This document shows positions 31,054 through 41,398 of a stretch of 64,000 bases of DNA, piece after piece. A program made the position numbers and the translations under genes. Position 1 is the stretch's first letter. Every line of letters starts with the position of its first letter. This DNA comes from Wickerhamiella versatilis. Lineage: Eukaryota. The notes under the pieces were generated by a model. It did not search any database. It was not told the origin of the DNA and saw only the letters and a list, made by a program, of their open reading frames with translations. The stretch lies in contig JAQOWU010000008.1 of the NCBI GenBank assembly GCA_030867685.1, positions 1,674,001-1,738,000 of the forward strand, read 5' to 3'.

Positions 31054-31740
31054 TTAGTTTAATATACTAAGCAATGCTTCAATTTTTGCCTGAATTACAC
31101 TCGGTTGGAGGTTGTCCGGGTTATTACGTTTTGTCATGTCTGCGGCCTGGATGCACATTTTATATATATCCTTGTACTGTGAATTGTCTCGAGAAATGCC
31201 CTTTTGTTTCATTGTGGACTTAGTTATTTTGTGAACTAGTTTTCCCCAATCATACGCCTCCGTGGATGACGATGCCTCGCTGGGTGTAGGTGTAGGTACC
31301 CGTGCGGGTGTTGACTGTGCACTTGGTGTGCTTGGATTAGAAGCAGGCGAAGGAGCTGGGGAGTTGCTCATCTGTTCCATTATTTTCAACACAAGAGGGC
31401 GTGCATACACATTCTTCTCGCTTGTGTAAATTACAAGATGGTCAATAACCTTCCCTCGCACCCGATGCCGTGACCGTGGCTGAAGACTAAATAATACGGC
31501 CATACCAATAGAATCAAGTTTTCCAAAAAAAGAGATGGTTTCAGTATCCTTGCTGTAGACCCCAAGCTCGGGCCCCCAAACTGCAAAAAGGGGAATTCTA
31601 TCCTGTTGGGTAAAGCCAACAAAGTCTAACGAGGCCTCTGGATAAATGAGCTTATCAGACTGGTCTGGGCCGCGCAGCTCAAAATCTAGCTGCTCAACAC
31701 CCTTAACATTGACTGTGCTGCGGCCCACCCAAACGCGCAT
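31054..31740 (-). CDS. SLD7: Probable Sld7-like replication factor
   Basis: C-terminal MKQKGISR...YKDIYKMCIQAA resembles the Sld7 C-terminal domain. Likely ATG at 31740 (MRVWVG). Confidence 0.5.
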   Translation of the reverse strand: MRVWVGRSTVNVKGVEQLDFELRGPDQSDKLIYPEASLDFVGFTQQDRIPLFAVWGPELGVYSKDTETISFFGKLDSIGMAVLFSLQPRSRHRVRGKVIDHLVIYTSEKNVYARPLVLKIMEQMSNSPAPSPASNPSTPSAQSTPARVPTPTPSEASSSTEAYDWGKLVHKITKSTMKQKGISRDNSQYKDIYKMCIQAADMTKRNNPDNLQPSVIQAKIEALLSILN

Positions 31741-32086
31741 CGTACGCTGATTAACCCGGTGCTTTCGAGATCTATTCAGCAGGGCCGGCAGAAGAACCCA
31801 TACAGGTGACAAACTTGTAGGTATTGAATATGTTGTGGTGGTTTTACACAGAATTGTTAGCCTGATTTTCAGTCTGACTTCTTGCCAACCTAGATTGGGG
31901 AATACTATGGTGTGATGTGTGATAGGTTTGAATATGATATAATAGCAACTAAAGTATAAAGATGGTTTTTTCTGAACTTTTTCACGATTCGAGACTTGTT
32001 GTCTGTAATCAATTTCTCAAAGAACCTATTTTTAAAGGCGCAGACCTGCATTGTATTCGTAAGTGACATAAGCGCTAAATCTCCTT

Positions 32087-33280
32087 ATGGGGGTTCATTT
32101 GATTGTACTTGTTCATGGAATGTGGGGATCACATACTCACTTTGACTATATCTGCGACCAATTGTCATTGAGAGGTGCTCAAGAATATGTAAATGGTAGC
32201 TCCGCTCCCCTCGACAAGGATGTGGTGGTTTATCGAACCAGAGGAAATACTGGGTACCTCACATACGACGGGATAGACATCTGTGGTCATCGAGTTGCAA
32301 AGGAAGTGATTGAAGTTATAAAAGATGTGCATCCCACTGAATTCAGTATGGTTGGCTACTCTATGGGTGGACTCATCTCCCGCTTTGCTGTCGGTATGCT
32401 CTACGCCGAAGGTATTTTCAATGACGTGAAGCCCCGTACGTTCACGTCATTTGCATCACCTCATATTGGTTGCAATGTCCTGGGAACGAGTTTGGGTAAG
32501 CGTCTGTTTAACTTTATTGGTTCCTGGAGCATGGCTCGAACTTCCCGGCAGGCCTTCCTGTGCGACCGTTACACTATTTCAGGGACACCTTTGTTCAAGC
32601 ATATGACTGATGAAGGTACTCTATTTGTAGAGGCATTGAAACTATTTCAAAAGAGAGCACTCTATGCTAACATCCTCAATGATCATAGATGTGATTTTTA
32701 TACTGCGGCATCTGAAACAACGAATCCTTACAATGACATAGCATCTTTCGACTTACAAGGCCATTGGGCTGCTGAGAAATACGCACCTATCATCTTGGAC
32801 CTCTCGAAGCCCCCTAGGAAGGTCGAGTTTCAGCATGTGAGACAGAGTCTCTGGAAAAGATTAGGACGCTCTTTGGATGTGGTGTTTAGAGTTTCCATCG
32901 TATGGCCGCTGTGGTTCGTCGCGTTTTTAATCAATGTTGGGTACCAAGGTGTAGCCTCATGGCTTCGAACCCAAAAATATGTGAAATCGGGAATATTCCT
33001 GCCTAACTACGACGGCACAGAAGAGATGGCTGTTGATATGGTGGAGGATATATATAATACAGTCTCAGACCCGCATCTGCTTCAGTTAACTCCACTCATG
33101 AAGAAGATTGTGAGGCAGTTGAATTCCCTGGGCTGGGAAAAGTATCCAGTTCGAATTACAGCTGATAAAAATACTCATGCAGCAATTATTGTACGCGTTC
33201 CCAGACAAAAATCGTTCTGGGAGGGTAAGGTCGTCGTCAATCATTGGATAACCGAGATTCTTTGTCTCCCTGACAGTTGA
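32087..33280 (+). CDS. DUF676 putative serine lipase (paralog 2)
   Basis: HLIVLVHGMWG, TYDGID, GYSMGG, FASPHIG, YANILND and THAAIIVR. Confidence 0.88.
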   Translation: MGVHLIVLVHGMWGSHTHFDYICDQLSLRGAQEYVNGSSAPLDKDVVVYRTRGNTGYLTYDGIDICGHRVAKEVIEVIKDVHPTEFSMVGYSMGGLISRFAVGMLYAEGIFNDVKPRTFTSFASPHIGCNVLGTSLGKRLFNFIGSWSMARTSRQAFLCDRYTISGTPLFKHMTDEGTLFVEALKLFQKRALYANILNDHRCDFYTAASETTNPYNDIASFDLQGHWAAEKYAPIILDLSKPPRKVEFQHVRQSLWKRLGRSLDVVFRVSIVWPLWFVAFLINVGYQGVASWLRTQKYVKSGIFLPNYDGTEEMAVDMVEDIYNTVSDPHLLQLTPLMKKIVRQLNSLGWEKYPVRITADKNTHAAIIVRVPRQKSFWEGKVVVNHWITEILCLPDS

Positions 33281-33544
33281 GATCATGAATGATATATATT
33301 TACAGATTTAACCCCAGACAATCATACATATTGCCAAAAACGTGGCTACTGGAATAATAGAGTTTAATTATTTCTTGCCGGCCATTCACACCCCACTGGA
33401 GCCTCTCTTTTTAATCTTAACATGTGAACGAAACTCAGTTCCCAATTCGTGTGTTATAACCCTTACCTTGATAACGTTATCAAACTGGGCCGTACAACCA
33501 CCCACCTTTGCCTTTTTCAGTCAGCATACATATTTTATAGCCGA

Positions 33545-34624
33545 ATGGTTGCCATTGAAATCTCATGGGATGATGGAATCAAGCACGATTCTGTGAAATT
33601 GTCTGCGGAGTTCACTAATTGGATACCTACGACACTTCCATACGTAGGTGGAACGCGTTATATGTCGACATTCAAGGCTACCCCTGGCGAGCAGTTTAAA
33701 TACCTCATTGATTCTGAATGGAAACTATCGTCAGTACTACCTGTTTCGACAGACGATATTGGAAACGAGAATCACTACGTGGTAGAGTCCCTTATGGTTC
33801 CCACTCATCGCGGAGAGGCTGCTGCTGCTGCAGGGCCTGCTGTTGCAGCAAATACCGCGTCAGCGCCGGCAGGAGTAGAGAAACCATCAGGAACACAGGA
33901 TGCAAGCAGATCCCTTGTTGATCAGGAGCCTAAGTCTGGGCCAGAAACTACAACAAGCGAGATTAATCCCAGCTCTATAACCGCGACAGAGGCCGGGCTG
34001 GGTTCGCAACCTAAGACAACTACGGAGCCGGAGACTCTATCCAAGGGCACAACTGAGCTAGATTCAGCGACCAAAGGAATCAAAGGTGAAGCGGATCCTG
34101 TGACCAAGGCTAAGACCGAAGGGAAGAGTGGGCTGGAGTCTGCAACAGAAGAGGCCAAAGGTGAAGTCGATCCTGTAAACAAAGCTAAGACTGATATCAA
34201 GTCTAAAGCCGACGAGAAGACTGGACTGGAATCTGAAGCTACAGGTGAAACGGATCCTGTGAGCAAAGCTAAGGCTGACGCCAAGTCTAAGGCCGAAACT
34301 GAGGTCAAGGAGGCGTCTGCAACTGCAGATAAATCACTATCTAAGGCTAACCCGGCAGACACAACCGCTTCTGATGTAAAGCAGAAAGTTGGGTCCACAG
34401 GTCTCGCCGGGGAACATGAGGGGACTGCTAGTACTTCTACACCTGAAGTTTCAGGCACCTCTACCAATGAGAAAGCCAAAGAGGCCCTGCCTGAGAAACC
34501 TTTGGCTAAGGACCTATCAAAGGAAGTGCCGTCTAAAGAGAAGCAGGTAGCCAATGAGAAGCCCTCGCCGAGTGAGGAAAAGGAGACCGGCGGTGGCTTT
34601 TGCAAGTGCTGTATTATCTCTTAA
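33545..34624 (+). CDS. AMPK-beta/CBM48-like domain protein (Mdg1/Crp1-like) with low-complexity stalk and CaaX tail
   Basis: ISW...VKLSAEFTNW...QFKYLIDSEW...DDIGNENH matches the CBM48-like pattern; the protein ends GGGFCKCCIIS. Confidence 0.75.
   Translation: MVAIEISWDDGIKHDSVKLSAEFTNWIPTTLPYVGGTRYMSTFKATPGEQFKYLIDSEWKLSSVLPVSTDDIGNENHYVVESLMVPTHRGEAAAAAGPAVAANTASAPAGVEKPSGTQDASRSLVDQEPKSGPETTTSEINPSSITATEAGLGSQPKTTTEPETLSKGTTELDSATKGIKGEADPVTKAKTEGKSGLESATEEAKGEVDPVNKAKTDIKSKADEKTGLESEATGETDPVSKAKADAKSKAETEVKEASATADKSLSKANPADTTASDVKQKVGSTGLAGEHEGTASTSTPEVSGTSTNEKAKEALPEKPLAKDLSKEVPSKEKQVANEKPSPSEEKETGGGFCKCCIIS
34085..34290 (+). repeat. Three degenerate internal repeats (GExDPVxKAK)
   Basis: ggtgaa-NNN-gatcctgt...aa(g/a)gctaag units start at 34085, 34160 and 34244. 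Confidence 0.75.
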
Positions 34625-35033
34625 ATTCCCTGTTTGTGTCCAAACTTTTGTCTCTAATCCTAGTAACCACCATTTGAGTGTCATCTGATGGAATACCTAG
34701 ACTCCGTCAGACTGGTTTGACATACAGGAATTTTCAGACCATATATCTAATTTTTTTTGTATTAATTAATTTACTTAAACATTATACATGAAGGAGGCTA
34801 GCTACGCTGGACCTGAAGTTAGATTAGACATGCGTCGACGTCGGATTGAAAAGATCTGGGATCAATGTTGCGATGTGTTTTGCGCGTTCTCATTCTAATT
34901 AATTCCTTTAAGCTATACTAATTCATTGAAAGATCTTTGGATCTTTGTACGTTGATGTGCATGTGTACAAATGTGCCATACTCTTCCATATGAGTAAAGC
35001 TTATCATAGCATATCATAAAAAAGTAGGGTGAA

Positions 35034-35690
35034 ATGCGTTGCGCAAGCTTCACTCGAGACACAAATGAAACTAAGATTCGGGTCGCCCTATCGATTGATG
35101 GTGGCGAAGTAGCCCTCCCCGCGTCGCAGTATTTTCCTGATGCGGAGAAGGAAGGCCAGGCCCAAATGACTGGAAATCAAATTATCTTTATCAATACCGG
35201 CATTGGATTCTTGGACCATATGGTACATGCTCTGGCAAAACATGGTGGTTGGAGCCTTCAACTCCAGTGTAAGGGTGACCTTGAGATTGATGATCATCAT
35301 TCGGCTGAGGATTGTGGAATAGCCCTTGGTGAAGCTCTCAAACGGGCCCTAGGATCCCTTAAAGGTGTTAAGCGATTCGGATCCGCATACGTTCCACTTG
35401 ACGAGGCACTCAGCCGCGCCGTTGTCGACCTGTCCAATAGGCCTTACGCAGTTATTGATCTCGGTCTCAAGCGCGAAAAAATAGGCGATCTTTCAACAGA
35501 GATGATACCACACTTTCTAGAGAGTTTTGCCCAAGCAGCGGGTATAACAATCCATATAGATTGTTTGAGAGGCTTCAACGATCACCATAGATCTGAAACT
35601 GCGTTCAAGGCCTTGGCAGTCGCCCTCAGGGAGGCAACCTTCTTGACGGGTCGGGATGAAGTACCTTCGACTAAAGGCGTTTTGCGCTGA
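35034..35690 (+). CDS. HIS3: Imidazoleglycerol-phosphate dehydratase
   Basis: [26 protein letters not shown] and NDHHRSE. Confidence 0.98.
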   Translation: MRCASFTRDTNETKIRVALSIDGGEVALPASQYFPDAEKEGQAQMTGNQIIFINTGIGFLDHMVHALAKHGGWSLQLQCKGDLEIDDHHSAEDCGIALGEALKRALGSLKGVKRFGSAYVPLDEALSRAVVDLSNRPYAVIDLGLKREKIGDLSTEMIPHFLESFAQAAGITIHIDCLRGFNDHHRSETAFKALAVALREATFLTGRDEVPSTKGVLR

Positions 35691-35805
35691 TTCAAAATTA
35701 AAGTGAAAAAAGTAGTGCATAGATATAATAATAAGTCACAACAGTTGAAAATACAAAGAATGCCCTACAGAGTTCTAATGCTACATATGCGGGGGGGTAT
35801 CAATT

Positions 35806-36735
35806 TTAATCGAAGCTGCACTGAAGGTCAAACTTGGGACTGCCATCGCTATTAAGGATACCCCAGTGACGCTCCACGGAAGACTTTCCCTTCTCTTGCG
35901 GCTTATAAGATTCATCGTAAAGCTCAAAGAAGAACACATTCACACCAAGACCACGCATTCCGCAGACAGCCTCCTTCCAGTACTGCTCGGCCGTGTCAAC
36001 ATCAGGCGTCGCGTCTCCGTAGTTTTCGCCCTGAGTGGGCCAACCAGTCTCACCTACCCAGAAGTTGAAGTCATCTGTGCCCTTGACATCCTCGATATGC
36101 TGCAAGGCCTGGGTCACACTGTCGAAGAAAGAGTTCGTCATGTTGTTCGAGCCCTGTCCTTGCCAGTAGGGGAACTCGTTCGCAAAAACGAAGTCCGAGG
36201 CAGAAATTGCATCGTTGGCACTGTCCTGCACCAAAAGATTCCAAGAATCAACAGTACCGACCTGGACACCGTCGTAAGAATCACCATTCTTATCCTTAAT
36301 GTTCTTAATCAAGTCCCGAACATTGTTGATCTCGGAGGCCAGATCGGAAGCCGACAAATCATTGCGGTACAGTGCCTCGGAGCCTACCAAGATACCACCA
36401 ATAGTAGATTTAGAGATACTTGGCAAGTGGCTCTGAAGTGCGGCTTTCTCGGCGTTGAAGTGGTCGTTTGGTGTGGCCCATACACCAAGGTAAACGGTCA
36501 CGCCCTTGTTTTCGGCTGCTGGACCAACATTCTGCAAAGTGTTGCAGTCCGAACTGGCGTATACCCGAGCGGTACTGCTACCAAGCTTTTTCATGGCATC
36601 GAAATCAGACTCCCAGTCGCTCTGCTGCTTGCACTGTCCGTCGCTGTTACGCGAAGCTCCCAAAGCAAAACCTATCTCACCCACAGCCTGAACTGCGGGG
36701 AGCGCGAAAAGAAGAGATGAAAGCATAAATTTCAT
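35806..36735 (-). CDS. BGL2: GH17 beta-1,3-glucanase/glucosyltransferase
   Basis: Signal peptide, VGSEALYR, GTVDSWN, VGETGWPT and VERHWG. Confidence 0.93.
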   Translation of the reverse strand: MKFMLSSLLFALPAVQAVGEIGFALGASRNSDGQCKQQSDWESDFDAMKKLGSSTARVYASSDCNTLQNVGPAAENKGVTVYLGVWATPNDHFNAEKAALQSHLPSISKSTIGGILVGSEALYRNDLSASDLASEINNVRDLIKNIKDKNGDSYDGVQVGTVDSWNLLVQDSANDAISASDFVFANEFPYWQGQGSNNMTNSFFDSVTQALQHIEDVKGTDDFNFWVGETGWPTQGENYGDATPDVDTAEQYWKEAVCGMRGLGVNVFFFELYDESYKPQEKGKSSVERHWGILNSDGSPKFDLQCSFD

Positions 36736-37323
36736 TGTTTTGATTGAGGAACACAGGTACGAACAAATTACTTAAGCATTTTTAGCCCAATTTGTATCTA
36801 TTTTTAGCACTTTCATGGGCCTAATATAATTTTTTGCGACCGAATACCTTTCAGTCCGCAATAGTCATAATATCACACTTTGCTATTTAGTTACTCGCAA
36901 TCCTTTCCATTTTGTCATGCTTTTTCATATGTATGCTCAAATGTGTGACTGTTAATCAAGAACTGCTCGGGTCGGTAATCCTATGTGTCTCCTTAAGGGG
37001 TGAAACAGCCGCCACTGCTATATAATTGTTTCTGTAAACTCCTGCCGTATAATTCTTTGTCTTCTCGGTCAGACAACAGCTCTGTCAGTTTAAAGCGAAC
37101 CTCGGCCGATGTCATCATTATCAGGCAAGGATCTAAGGTGTAGGCAGTAGTTTCAGTATACCTGGGTCTACAAATAGTTTTAAAGTGCTACTAGGAAGGC
37201 CAGTATCCAAATAAGAAATAAGATATAACAAATGGTGATCGTAACAGTGGTTTGTGCTTACTACGTAGATCCACATTTTGCCCCGCAATACCTCTCAGCG
37301 TAAGCACTTGAGTTTGACCGAAA

Positions 37324-38253
37324 ATGAGTGGTGTGAGTGATGGAGATATCGAAGTGATTGACGAAATCGAGAAGCAGGAAAATGCAGGTACAGGTGGTCT
37401 TTGGGGTCAAATCAAGGCGTTCACCGCTGGCGGTGTCGGCGGTGTGGCAGCAGTACTGACCGGTCATCCATTTGACTTGATGAAGGTTCGTCAACAAACA
37501 ACCAGCAATCTCAGCTTAGCTGGGGCTGCCAAGCAGGTTATAGGCCATGATGGACCACTCGGATTCTATCGTGGTGTGGGTGCACCCTTGCTGGGCGTAA
37601 CTCCGATGTTTGCCGTGTCTTTCTGGGGCTACGATGTGGGCCAGAAGCTGGTGAGATCTTGGACAAAAACAGAAGGAACCCTCTCTATCTCGGAAATTTC
37701 ATCTGCGGGTTTCATAAGTGCAGTGCCTATGACGCTGATCACTGCGCCATTTGAGCGTATTAAGGTTGTGCTGCAATTACAAGGCCAGGGAAAACTAAAA
37801 GAAAATGCCAAAGAGTTGAAGGGGCCTTTTGATGCTGCAAGGCATATACTTCAGAACGGAGGCGTGAAGTCTTTATTCAAAGGTTCGCTTGCCACGCTGG
37901 CTCGTGATGGACCGGGCTCTGCATTGTACTTTGCGGCATATGAGTATCTTAAGAGACGTGGTATGGATGAGAATGGGAACATAGATCTCAAAACAATTAC
38001 CTTTGCAGGTGGTATGGCAGGAGTGGCCATGTGGATTCCCGTGTTCCCAATTGATTGTATCAAGACAAATTTGCAGAGTAGTGATACCCCAATGTCAATT
38101 GCTGAAGTCACACGTAAAATTTATGCTCGTGGTGGAATCAGAGGTTTCTTCCCTGGCGTAGGGTCAGCTCTCGCGCGGTCATTCCCCGCGAACGCGGCCA
38201 CATTCCTGGGGGTTGAGTTCGCACACAAAACGTTTCAGGCACTAAATCTATAG
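37324..38253 (+). CDS. CRC1: Mitochondrial carnitine/acylcarnitine carrier
   Basis: GHPFDLMKVR, GVTPMFAVSFWGY, ARDGPGSALYF and RSFPANAATFLG. Confidence 0.93.
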   Translation: MSGVSDGDIEVIDEIEKQENAGTGGLWGQIKAFTAGGVGGVAAVLTGHPFDLMKVRQQTTSNLSLAGAAKQVIGHDGPLGFYRGVGAPLLGVTPMFAVSFWGYDVGQKLVRSWTKTEGTLSISEISSAGFISAVPMTLITAPFERIKVVLQLQGQGKLKENAKELKGPFDAARHILQNGGVKSLFKGSLATLARDGPGSALYFAAYEYLKRRGMDENGNIDLKTITFAGGMAGVAMWIPVFPIDCIKTNLQSSDTPMSIAEVTRKIYARGGIRGFFPGVGSALARSFPANAATFLGVEFAHKTFQALNL

Positions 38254-38344
38254 AAAAGCATAGCATTTTGCTACAGATACTAGTTATAAAATATAACAAA
38301 AAATATCGTATCCCACCCATATCATAAATACAGTTCAATTTACA

Positions 38345-40021
38345 TTAAATCTCCATGTGCATAACCTCATCTGGTGCATGTTCATGCATTTCACTTCCTA
38401 CCATTTCCTCGTCCTCATCTTCGAAATCCACGTCGAAGAAGTCATCATCGCTTCCCACGACAGCCTCATAAAGCTTTCGTGCCTGTTGCACAACACCATC
38501 ATAAGAGATCTCATCCAATTGGAAAGGAGTTGCTAGTAGAGCAGAGCTGCCATTGATATGTTCCGGTTCTTTACGTGATACACCATGGCTGGCTGGCGAT
38601 GTGTAGCAAAGCTTCAGCAGATACTGTAGCTTCTGTCTTGGCACGAAATTCTGTAAACTCTCTCCCAGACGGATACTCGACACAAATGAAGAGCCATTAG
38701 GTCTGCCTGAGAATTCACCGGACTTCAGAGAACTAGCCAGATCAGCCTCTGGTGCCGATTCGCGGAGGATTGAGCTCTCGAGTCGTTCAAGTGCCGTACT
38801 CAAGTCCCGGCGTGCCGCTCGCAGGTCCTGGTTGTGTGAGGTTAAGTACCAGGAAGAATAACCACGAGGTACGAGACCTGAACCAGACCCATAAACGATG
38901 GTATGCACGGCTACTTTGTGTTCTGAGCCGAGGGTCCCTGGTGGGAACACAACGATAGCTGCACTTTCCCCTTCGGCGAACCATTCCCGACACTCATTAG
39001 ATACAATCGCAACCATTCGTGTAACTTTGGAGGGTGGGACTATGCTTTGTCTAATTGGACAAGATTGGGTTGGCGATATGAAACACTTTTCGGTGACTTG
39101 CACCCGAGATCCATCGCTCAGTGTTGCAATGTTTGCTGTATCGTCCCAAGCGACTAATTGAGTTCCAAGTTTATAAGTTGCGCCAGCAACAGCTGCAGAT
39201 CGGCAAAACCCCTGAGCTAGTTCTCCACCACTGCCATACATGGAATACAGAACTGGAAATGCCCCGTAAATGTCCAATGACAGCAGATATCGTCGAATAC
39301 GGGGTAATGCCACCGTGCATAGAACATCCGTACTATCACATAGTCCAATATCCGTAACCAGCTCCGTCACCTGTGGCGGGGCAAGCTTAAACTCCTCGGT
39401 CAGAAACACAGAAACCGGGGTACGAGCTAATTCCCTCCACTTATCTTCGCTGATATCCCAGGCAACGATCCACTTGATGAATTTCATTAAATGGCGTTTT
39501 GTGACAGTAGTAAGTGATTGGTCTGTAAAAATGGCTTCCTTGTTGCCTGCCACCCGCTCAAATGAGTCCTGCTCATAGGTATGAAACTGAGACAATGACT
39601 TGAATTCCAAGTACCTGAACACGCGGGATTTGACAAGAAGCTCAAGTAAATCGCTCTTGGCAAACATTATATGTGGAGCAAGGTCCACCAAATAGCGCTG
39701 TGAGCCCACAGGTCGAGGAGCATAGAGCTGCGCATTCATCGAAGAATCCGGTGCATTGGCAACTTCCTCAATCCAATGACCGAGCTCAGATAGCGAAAGG
39801 CAAGCACTTGAGTCTCCGTAGACATTATTAGCGTCGATGTGCAGCACATTGGTACCTTGCCACGCGAGAGCTGCAGCCAGAATTGACTCACAAAGGCCAG
39901 TGCCGCAAATAAGAACATCGCACTTGTCCGGCAGTGACTCAATTTGAGGTCTTTCGATGCCAGCAAGTGGAGGAACTACCGATCCACGCCTACTAGCGTC
40001 TCGTGCACTGTACGAGCTCAT
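38345..40021 (-). CDS. MRS6: Rab escort protein (Rab geranylgeranyltransferase component A)
   Basis: DVLICGTGLCESILAAALAWQG, GELAQGFCRSAAVAGATYKL and DDDFFDVDFEDEDE. Confidence 0.93.
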   Translation of the reverse strand: MSSYSARDASRRGSVVPPLAGIERPQIESLPDKCDVLICGTGLCESILAAALAWQGTNVLHIDANNVYGDSSACLSLSELGHWIEEVANAPDSSMNAQLYAPRPVGSQRYLVDLAPHIMFAKSDLLELLVKSRVFRYLEFKSLSQFHTYEQDSFERVAGNKEAIFTDQSLTTVTKRHLMKFIKWIVAWDISEDKWRELARTPVSVFLTEEFKLAPPQVTELVTDIGLCDSTDVLCTVALPRIRRYLLSLDIYGAFPVLYSMYGSGGELAQGFCRSAAVAGATYKLGTQLVAWDDTANIATLSDGSRVQVTEKCFISPTQSCPIRQSIVPPSKVTRMVAIVSNECREWFAEGESAAIVVFPPGTLGSEHKVAVHTIVYGSGSGLVPRGYSSWYLTSHNQDLRAARRDLSTALERLESSILRESAPEADLASSLKSGEFSGRPNGSSFVSSIRLGESLQNFVPRQKLQYLLKLCYTSPASHGVSRKEPEHINGSSALLATPFQLDEISYDGVVQQARKLYEAVVGSDDDFFDVDFEDEDEEMVGSEMHEHAPDEVMHMEI

Positions 40022-40563
40022 CTACCGACGCGTGCAGAGTTTTTTCCCGGCACTGACTAAACTTACTCCCCAGACAAACTTATCTTCCCTTACCTTCCTA
40101 TGTCGCAATAAGGCTGGCAGAGAAAAAAAAATCATAAAATCCAAATTTAACATGAGCACAACATTTTACGAAACCTTTGTAAAGCTTTTGAATGTCCTAA
40201 ACTTTTTAGCACTCCCTAGTGAATAAAAACGGTATTCTCCGGTCCGCTGATATGAGTAACCGAGGGATATCAATTGCTCTTAGTCTACCCTATTAACTTT
40301 TCGTCATGAGGACCCATTGAATTCTAGAATATTCACCTCAAGCAAAGTCTTTATTATATTCACGTGGTAGATAAGCTTGCCCTCAGTATAGATCATTTGT
40401 GAAATTGGGTACTACCTAAGCCCACATTTTCGAGGTCTAATCTAATTTCTTTTTTTTCCTCGTGGTTTGTGGTTGTCCCAACAACAATCCTAATGTGCGC
40501 ACGAACATTCCTCACCTAAACCAATTATTACAAATCGGGATAATTCTAATGTCTTTGTCATTA

Positions 40564-40576
40564 TAGGGCTCAGGGC
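40564..40576 (+). promoter_or_regulatory. Tandem TAGGGC (Tbf1-like) element upstream of RPL28
   Basis: TAGGGCTCAGGGC about 65 bp upstream of the ATG; a similar element lies upstream of RPP1. Confidence 0.5.
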
Positions 40577-40640
40577 GTGATTTCGAACACACGCATCGCA
40601 TCCTTAGTTCACTGAACCAGTCTACGGACAGTTCACAAGA

Positions 40641-41090
40641 ATGCCGACCCGTTTCTCAAACACCCGCAAGCATCGCGGACACGTTAGCTCAGGTCACGGT
40701 CGTATCGGCAAGCACCGCAAGAACCCTGGTGGTCGCGGTATGGCTGGTGGCCAGCATCATCACCGTACCAACCTTGACCGATACCACCCAGGTTACTTCG
40801 GTAAGGTCGGTGACCGTCACTTCCACCTCTTGAAGAACCGTGAGTGGCGCCCAGTTCTTAACTTGGACAAGCTCTGGAGTCTCATCCCTGGTGAGGACCG
40901 CGAGAAGTACCTTTCTACTGCTTCTGCCGCTGCGGCTCCAGTGATTGATACTCTGGCTGCCGGCTACGGCAAGGTCCTCGGTAAGGGCCGCATCCCCACT
41001 GTTCCTGTTATTGTCCGTGCCAGATTTGTCAGTGAGAGCGCCGAGAAGAAGATCAAGGCAGTTGGCGGTGCTGTGGAGCTTATTGCCTAA
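40641..41090 (+). CDS. RPL28: 60S ribosomal protein uL15 (L28/L27a, CYH2)
   Basis: [16 protein letters not shown]...[13 protein letters not shown]...[10 protein letters not shown]; strong codon bias; intronless. Confidence 0.98.
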   Translation: MPTRFSNTRKHRGHVSSGHGRIGKHRKNPGGRGMAGGQHHHRTNLDRYHPGYFGKVGDRHFHLLKNREWRPVLNLDKLWSLIPGEDREKYLSTASAAAAPVIDTLAAGYGKVLGKGRIPTVPVIVRARFVSESAEKKIKAVGGAVELIA

Positions 41091-41398
41091 GCAGAGCGCC
41101 GGCCGCAAATCTAATCTATCTAAATAAAAATCCTTCAAATTATTTCGGTATGCTAGCAAGCAGTCATTAGGCTTTTTTTCGGCTGATTTATGGGACATGT
41201 GATATATGATTCCCATTCTAATTGGTATTTAGAATGTAAATCCGTATTTCCGCAAGCGCTAATGCGAGTGGCACATCATCCCACAACCTCTAGCTGACGA
41301 GGTAGTGTAAAAGAAGCGCAAGACTCTATCGTCAATTACTTGCATAATGAAATGAAAACAATAAATTAGGGAATATACTGGCTAAAGTGGCGGTTAAG

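Noticed and set aside
33922-34605. 227-aa Ser/Leu-rich antisense ORF
   Set aside because: Mirror of the low-complexity Lys/Glu/Thr stalk encoded on the + strand.
35866-36720. 284-aa ORF antisense to BGL2
   Set aside because: Shadow ORF arising from the strong codon bias of BGL2; no recognisable protein features.
40689-41216. 175-aa ORF antisense to RPL28
   Set aside because: Shadow of a highly biased ribosomal protein gene.
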